DNA of 64,000 bases from a plasmid, in sequence record NZ_CP040393.1; one strand, written 5' to 3'. The translations under genes were made by a program, and so were the position numbers. The notes under the pieces are model-generated. The model saw nothing but the letters and a program-made list of their open reading frames with translations. It made no database searches and was not told where the DNA came from. Below are positions 60,443 through 64,000 of this stretch, piece after piece. How positions within the stretch are numbered: position 1 is the first letter of the stretch; every line of letters begins with the position of its first letter.

Positions 60443-61799
60443 ACCCCTCCTGACTGCTGCCCTGGTCTTTATGGCCGGGATGGCCTCACTTCCCGCCCGG
60501 GCGGATGTGAACGGGGATCTGAACGGGTTCTTTGGCAGCCTCGGTTACAGCGGCAACGTGACACAGGCTCAGGCGTGGCAGGGACAGGCCGCCGGATACT
60601 TCACCGGCGGCTCGGTCTACCTGCGCAATCCGGTCAAGAACGTCCAGCTTATCTCGATGCAGGTGCCGTCACTGAATGCCGGTTGTGGCGGTATTGATGC
60701 CTATCTCGGGGCATTTTCCATGATAAACGGCGAGGAAATTCAGCGCTTCGTTAAACAAATCATGAGTAACGCTACCGGATACGCCTTCGATCTTGCCCTG
60801 CAGACAATGGTGCCGGAACTGAAGCAGGCGAAAGACTTCCTGCAGAAGCTGGCCAGTGATGTGAACTCAGCAAACATGAGTTCCTGTCAGGCCGCGCAGG
60901 GCATCATCGGCGGACTGTGGCCGGTAACGCAGGTGTCCCAGCAGAAAATCTGTCAGGACATTGCCGGCGAAAGCAATCTCTTCTCGGACTGGGCAGCGTC
61001 CCGGCAGGGCTGCACCGTTGGCGGCCAGAGCGACAGCGTGACCAGCCGGGCAGGGGACAGCCAGAAAGACCAGGTGCTGAAAAACAAAAACCTCATCTGG
61101 GATGCACTCAGTCGTAACCATCTCTTCGACAGTAACCGGGAGCTGAAGGAGCTGGTCATGAGTACCGTCGGCTCCATCATCTTCAACAATGCCGGGCAGG
61201 TGACCATTCTGACTCCGCTGGTTGATAACCGTGACCTTATCAAGGTGCTGATGCGGGGCGGTTCAGCGAAAGTGTACGGCTGCGATGAGGCAACGCTGTG
61301 CCTTGGTCCGGTGGTGAAGGATGTCACCATCGACGAAGGTAACGGACTGGTCACGCTGGTCAAAAACCTGATGCTGTCCATGCAGTCGAAACTGGTGGAT
61401 GACACCGCGCTGACCGACCAGGAAAAGGGATTCGTAAACACCACCTCCGTGCCAGTGCTCAAGTACCTCACTAACGCCCAGAGCATGGGGCAGAGCGCCA
61501 CCTACCTGATTCAGGTCAGTGACTTCATTGCTCAGGACCTGATGATTCAGTACCTGCAGGAACTGGTCAAACAGGCTTCGCTGTCGATGGCCGGGAAAAA
61601 CTGGCCGGAAGAGGCCGCCTCAAAACTGCGCGATAACGTCATCCATGCCCAGGGGCTTCTGGCCGACATGAAGCTGCAGTCTGCCGCAGACCAGAACGCG
61701 CTGGACGGCATCGACCGCAATATGCAGTACCTGCAGCAGCAGGTATCCACGATTGTTTCCGGCTCATACCAGAGCAACTATCACTGGGGGAATCCCTGA
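60435..61799 (+). CDS. traH: TraH
   Basis: 454 aa. Signal peptide. Synteny. Confidence 0.85.
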   Translation: MFKPLLTAALVFMAGMASLPARADVNGDLNGFFGSLGYSGNVTQAQAWQGQAAGYFTGGSVYLRNPVKNVQLISMQVPSLNAGCGGIDAYLGAFSMINGEEIQRFVKQIMSNATGYAFDLALQTMVPELKQAKDFLQKLASDVNSANMSSCQAAQGIIGGLWPVTQVSQQKICQDIAGESNLFSDWAASRQGCTVGGQSDSVTSRAGDSQKDQVLKNKNLIWDALSRNHLFDSNRELKELVMSTVGSIIFNNAGQVTILTPLVDNRDLIKVLMRGGSAKVYGCDEATLCLGPVVKDVTIDEGNGLVTLVKNLMLSMQSKLVDDTALTDQEKGFVNTTSVPVLKYLTNAQSMGQSATYLIQVSDFIAQDLMIQYLQELVKQASLSMAGKNWPEEAASKLRDNVIHAQGLLADMKLQSAADQNALDGIDRNMQYLQQQVSTIVSGSYQSNYHWGNP

Positions 61800-64000
61800 T
61801 GCTTGAAGTCTATACCATATACGGCGGCGGGATGTGGAAATCGGCCTTTGACGCCGTTGTCGGCATCCTCGGTACCAGCACCTGGGGGACGCTGCTGCGC
61901 ATTGTCAGTACCTTCTCCGTGCTGGGTATCGTGGCGTCGTTTGTCAAAAGCCGCAATCCGATGGTGTTTATACAGTGGCTGGCGATGTTTACGCTGATAA
62001 CCTCCGTCCTCATCGTCCCCAAAAGGTCAGTGCAGATTATCGACATCACGGATCCGGCAACGGTCTGGGTGACCGATAACGTCCCGGTGGGGCTGGCCGG
62101 GATGGCCTCCCTGTCGACCAGTATCGGTTTTCATGTGGCACAGCTCTATGACTACATGATTGCGCGCCCGGACTCGGTGACCTACACCAAAACCGGAATG
62201 CTGTTTGGCTCCGGGATTGTGGCGGAAAGCAGTGACATGCAGACGCAGAACCCGGAGCTGGCGCAGATGCTGCCGGATTATGTCCGAAAACTGCGTGATT
62301 GGCGACATTCTGCTGAACCCACAAGTACACGGTGAACCAGCTGCTCAACACCACCGACCCGCTGGGGCTGATCACCAGTAACCCCAGCCCGTTGCGCGGC
62401 ATTTTCAAAACGACCAGTGACACGCGTGAATTTCTGACCTGCCAGCAGGCGGCCGCGCAAATCCAGACGCTGGCGGGGCAGGATGCGCAGGTCAGCAGCC
62501 CGACATTTGCCTGGCTGACACAGAAAATCTTCGGCAACCGCCTGAACGGCGCCACGCTGCTGGCCAACTCAATGGGCGAAAGCTATGGCTTTTTCTATGC
62601 CGGTGGAATGAGTGCCGCGCAGATCATGAAAAACAAACGTGACCAACAGCGCGATACAGCAGGGCATCCGGGGCTTTGCTGCCCGGTCTTCTGACCACGG
62701 CCAACCTGCTGAACCTCGCGACCGAGAACGCGGCCACCAAGCAACGTATCAGCTGGGCGGCAGGCAGCACGCTGGCCACCCGGCAACTGCCGTTCCTGCA
62801 GTCCCTGATGATGCTGATTCTGGTCTGTCTGTTCCCGCTGGTCATCGCGCTTGCGGCGGCCAACCACTCCATCTTTGGCCTGAACACGCTGAAGATTTAT
62901 ATCTGCGGGTTCCTTTACTTCCAGATGTGGCCGGTGATGTTTGCCATCCTGAACTATGCCGCCACGTTCTGGCTGCAGACAAAAACAGGGGGGACACCCC
63001 TTGTGCTGTCCAACAAGGATACGGTGGCGCTGCAGCATTCGGATGTGGCTAATCTGGCCGGTTACTGCGCCATGTCGATTCCGGTGCTGTCCTTTTTCCT
63101 GACCAAAGGTGCGGCGGCAATCGGCTCTCAGGTGGCCGGCAGCGTGATGAGTTCGATGGCATTCGGCTCAGCCGGCGTGGCCTCCACCACGGCCGACGGC
63201 AACTGGTCGTTTAACAACATGTCGATGGATAACGTCAACCAGAACAAGATGGACACCAACCTGATGCAGCGGCAGGGCCAGCAGACCTGGCAGGCGGATA
63301 ATGGCTCGAGTCATACGGTCACGGCGAGCGGCCAGAATGTCATAGATGGCTCCGGCGCGATGTCGAACTTGCCGGTGAACATGCGCCTCAGTCAGCTGGC
63401 CAGCAGTGGATTCCAGGAGCAGGCCCGGTTGTCGCAGGTGCAGGCGCAATCCTCGCTGGATGGCTATAACCACAGTGTCACCAGTGGCTGGTCTCAGCTG
63501 CAACAGGTCGCCAGCCAGAGCGGCAGTACCGACAGCCTGAATCAGGGTTCGGATAACAGCCAGACACTGAATGCTTCACGCGGTGCCACTATGATGATGT
63601 CTGCTGCCGAGAGCTATGCGAAAGCGAACAACATTTCGACACAGGAAGCTTATAACGAGCTTTTAAATAAATCTGTTGAAGGAAGTGCCAATGCAGGTAC
63701 AAGTTTCAAAATTAATTCAGGTGATCAAGCGCTTGGTAAAGTTGGTAAATGGGTTACCGGTGCAAGTGTTGAAGGTCATGCGGGGCTTGAAGTAAAAGGC
63801 ACCACAGGTAGTTCACATGGTACTCAAGATACGCATTCAGGCTCGAACGATATGCGGCATGATAAAAATAGCCAAATGGTTAATGATTTCAAACAAGGTA
63901 TGGATATGGTGACCAGCAGCCGCATCAGCGACTCCGCCAGCCATTCCGATAGTGCCGGAACCAGCAAAGTTCAGCAGTTTGCTGCCACGCTTAATGATGC
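61799..64000 (+). pseudogene. traG: TraG (N-terminal ~730 aa within the window). The reading frame is broken three times (near 62320, 62640 and 62685)
   Basis: A TraG-like sequence is found successively in frames 2, 1, 2 and 0. The frame-0 stretch TANLLNLATENAATKQRISW... continues to the window end. Confidence 0.7.

Noticed and set aside
62639-63052. 137-aa ORF in frame 2 across the traG region
   Set aside because: Only its first ~15 codons look TraG-like. The rest is R/G/P/H-rich out-of-frame translation. The genuine TraG sequence continues in frame 0.

Overview
The window is a segment of an F-like (IncF) conjugative plasmid from an enterobacterial host. Gene content and order suggest a Klebsiella-type backbone. 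Four blocks are present. (1) 1-10 kb holds a RepFIA-type replicon: repE flanked by incC and ori2 iterons, with a ResD-like tyrosine recombinase upstream. An AT-rich two-gene module (P-loop kinase plus unknown partner) and a three-gene island encoding two HEPN-motif proteins and a 455-aa unknown protein sit beside it. An IS3-family element lies inside the island. (2) 10-24 kb holds a umuD'-'umuC deletion remnant behind an intact LexA box, a parM/stbA partition locus, and a long leading-region gene set on the + strand. That set comprises a large SbcC/Rad50-like ATPase with a zinc hook, an orphan N6-adenine methylase, KlcA/ArdB, a ParB-like nuclease-domain protein, PsiB/PsiA and several small unknown proteins. 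(3) 24.7-33.5 kb is a cargo/IS block: an ISNCY/IS1202-like transposase, relE/stbDE toxin-antitoxin genes, an IS1182-family transposase split by an IS21-family (IS100-like) element, a methyl-accepting chemotaxis protein and a glyoxalase. Next come hok/mok, a second set of leading-region small genes, the DUF932-like protein, the gene X lytic transglycosylase and oriT, with an F-like nic motif at ~39820. (4) 40-64 kb is the tra/trb transfer operon from traM to traG, with three anomalies. A minus-strand double-RHH protein occupies the traJ/traY slot. An SPFH protein sits between traP and traV. A 3.2-kb cargo insertion with a duplicated traW 3' end lies between traW and traU. traG shows three apparent frameshifts. 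Three ~520-bp near-identical structured repeats (Frpo/ssi-like single-strand promoter candidates) lie in the leading region, each fused to a different small ORF. The most promising undescribed candidates are the HEPN/HEPN-Zn-ribbon/unknown trio, the leading-region SbcC-like ATPase, the AT-rich kinase pair and the intra-tra cargo block.
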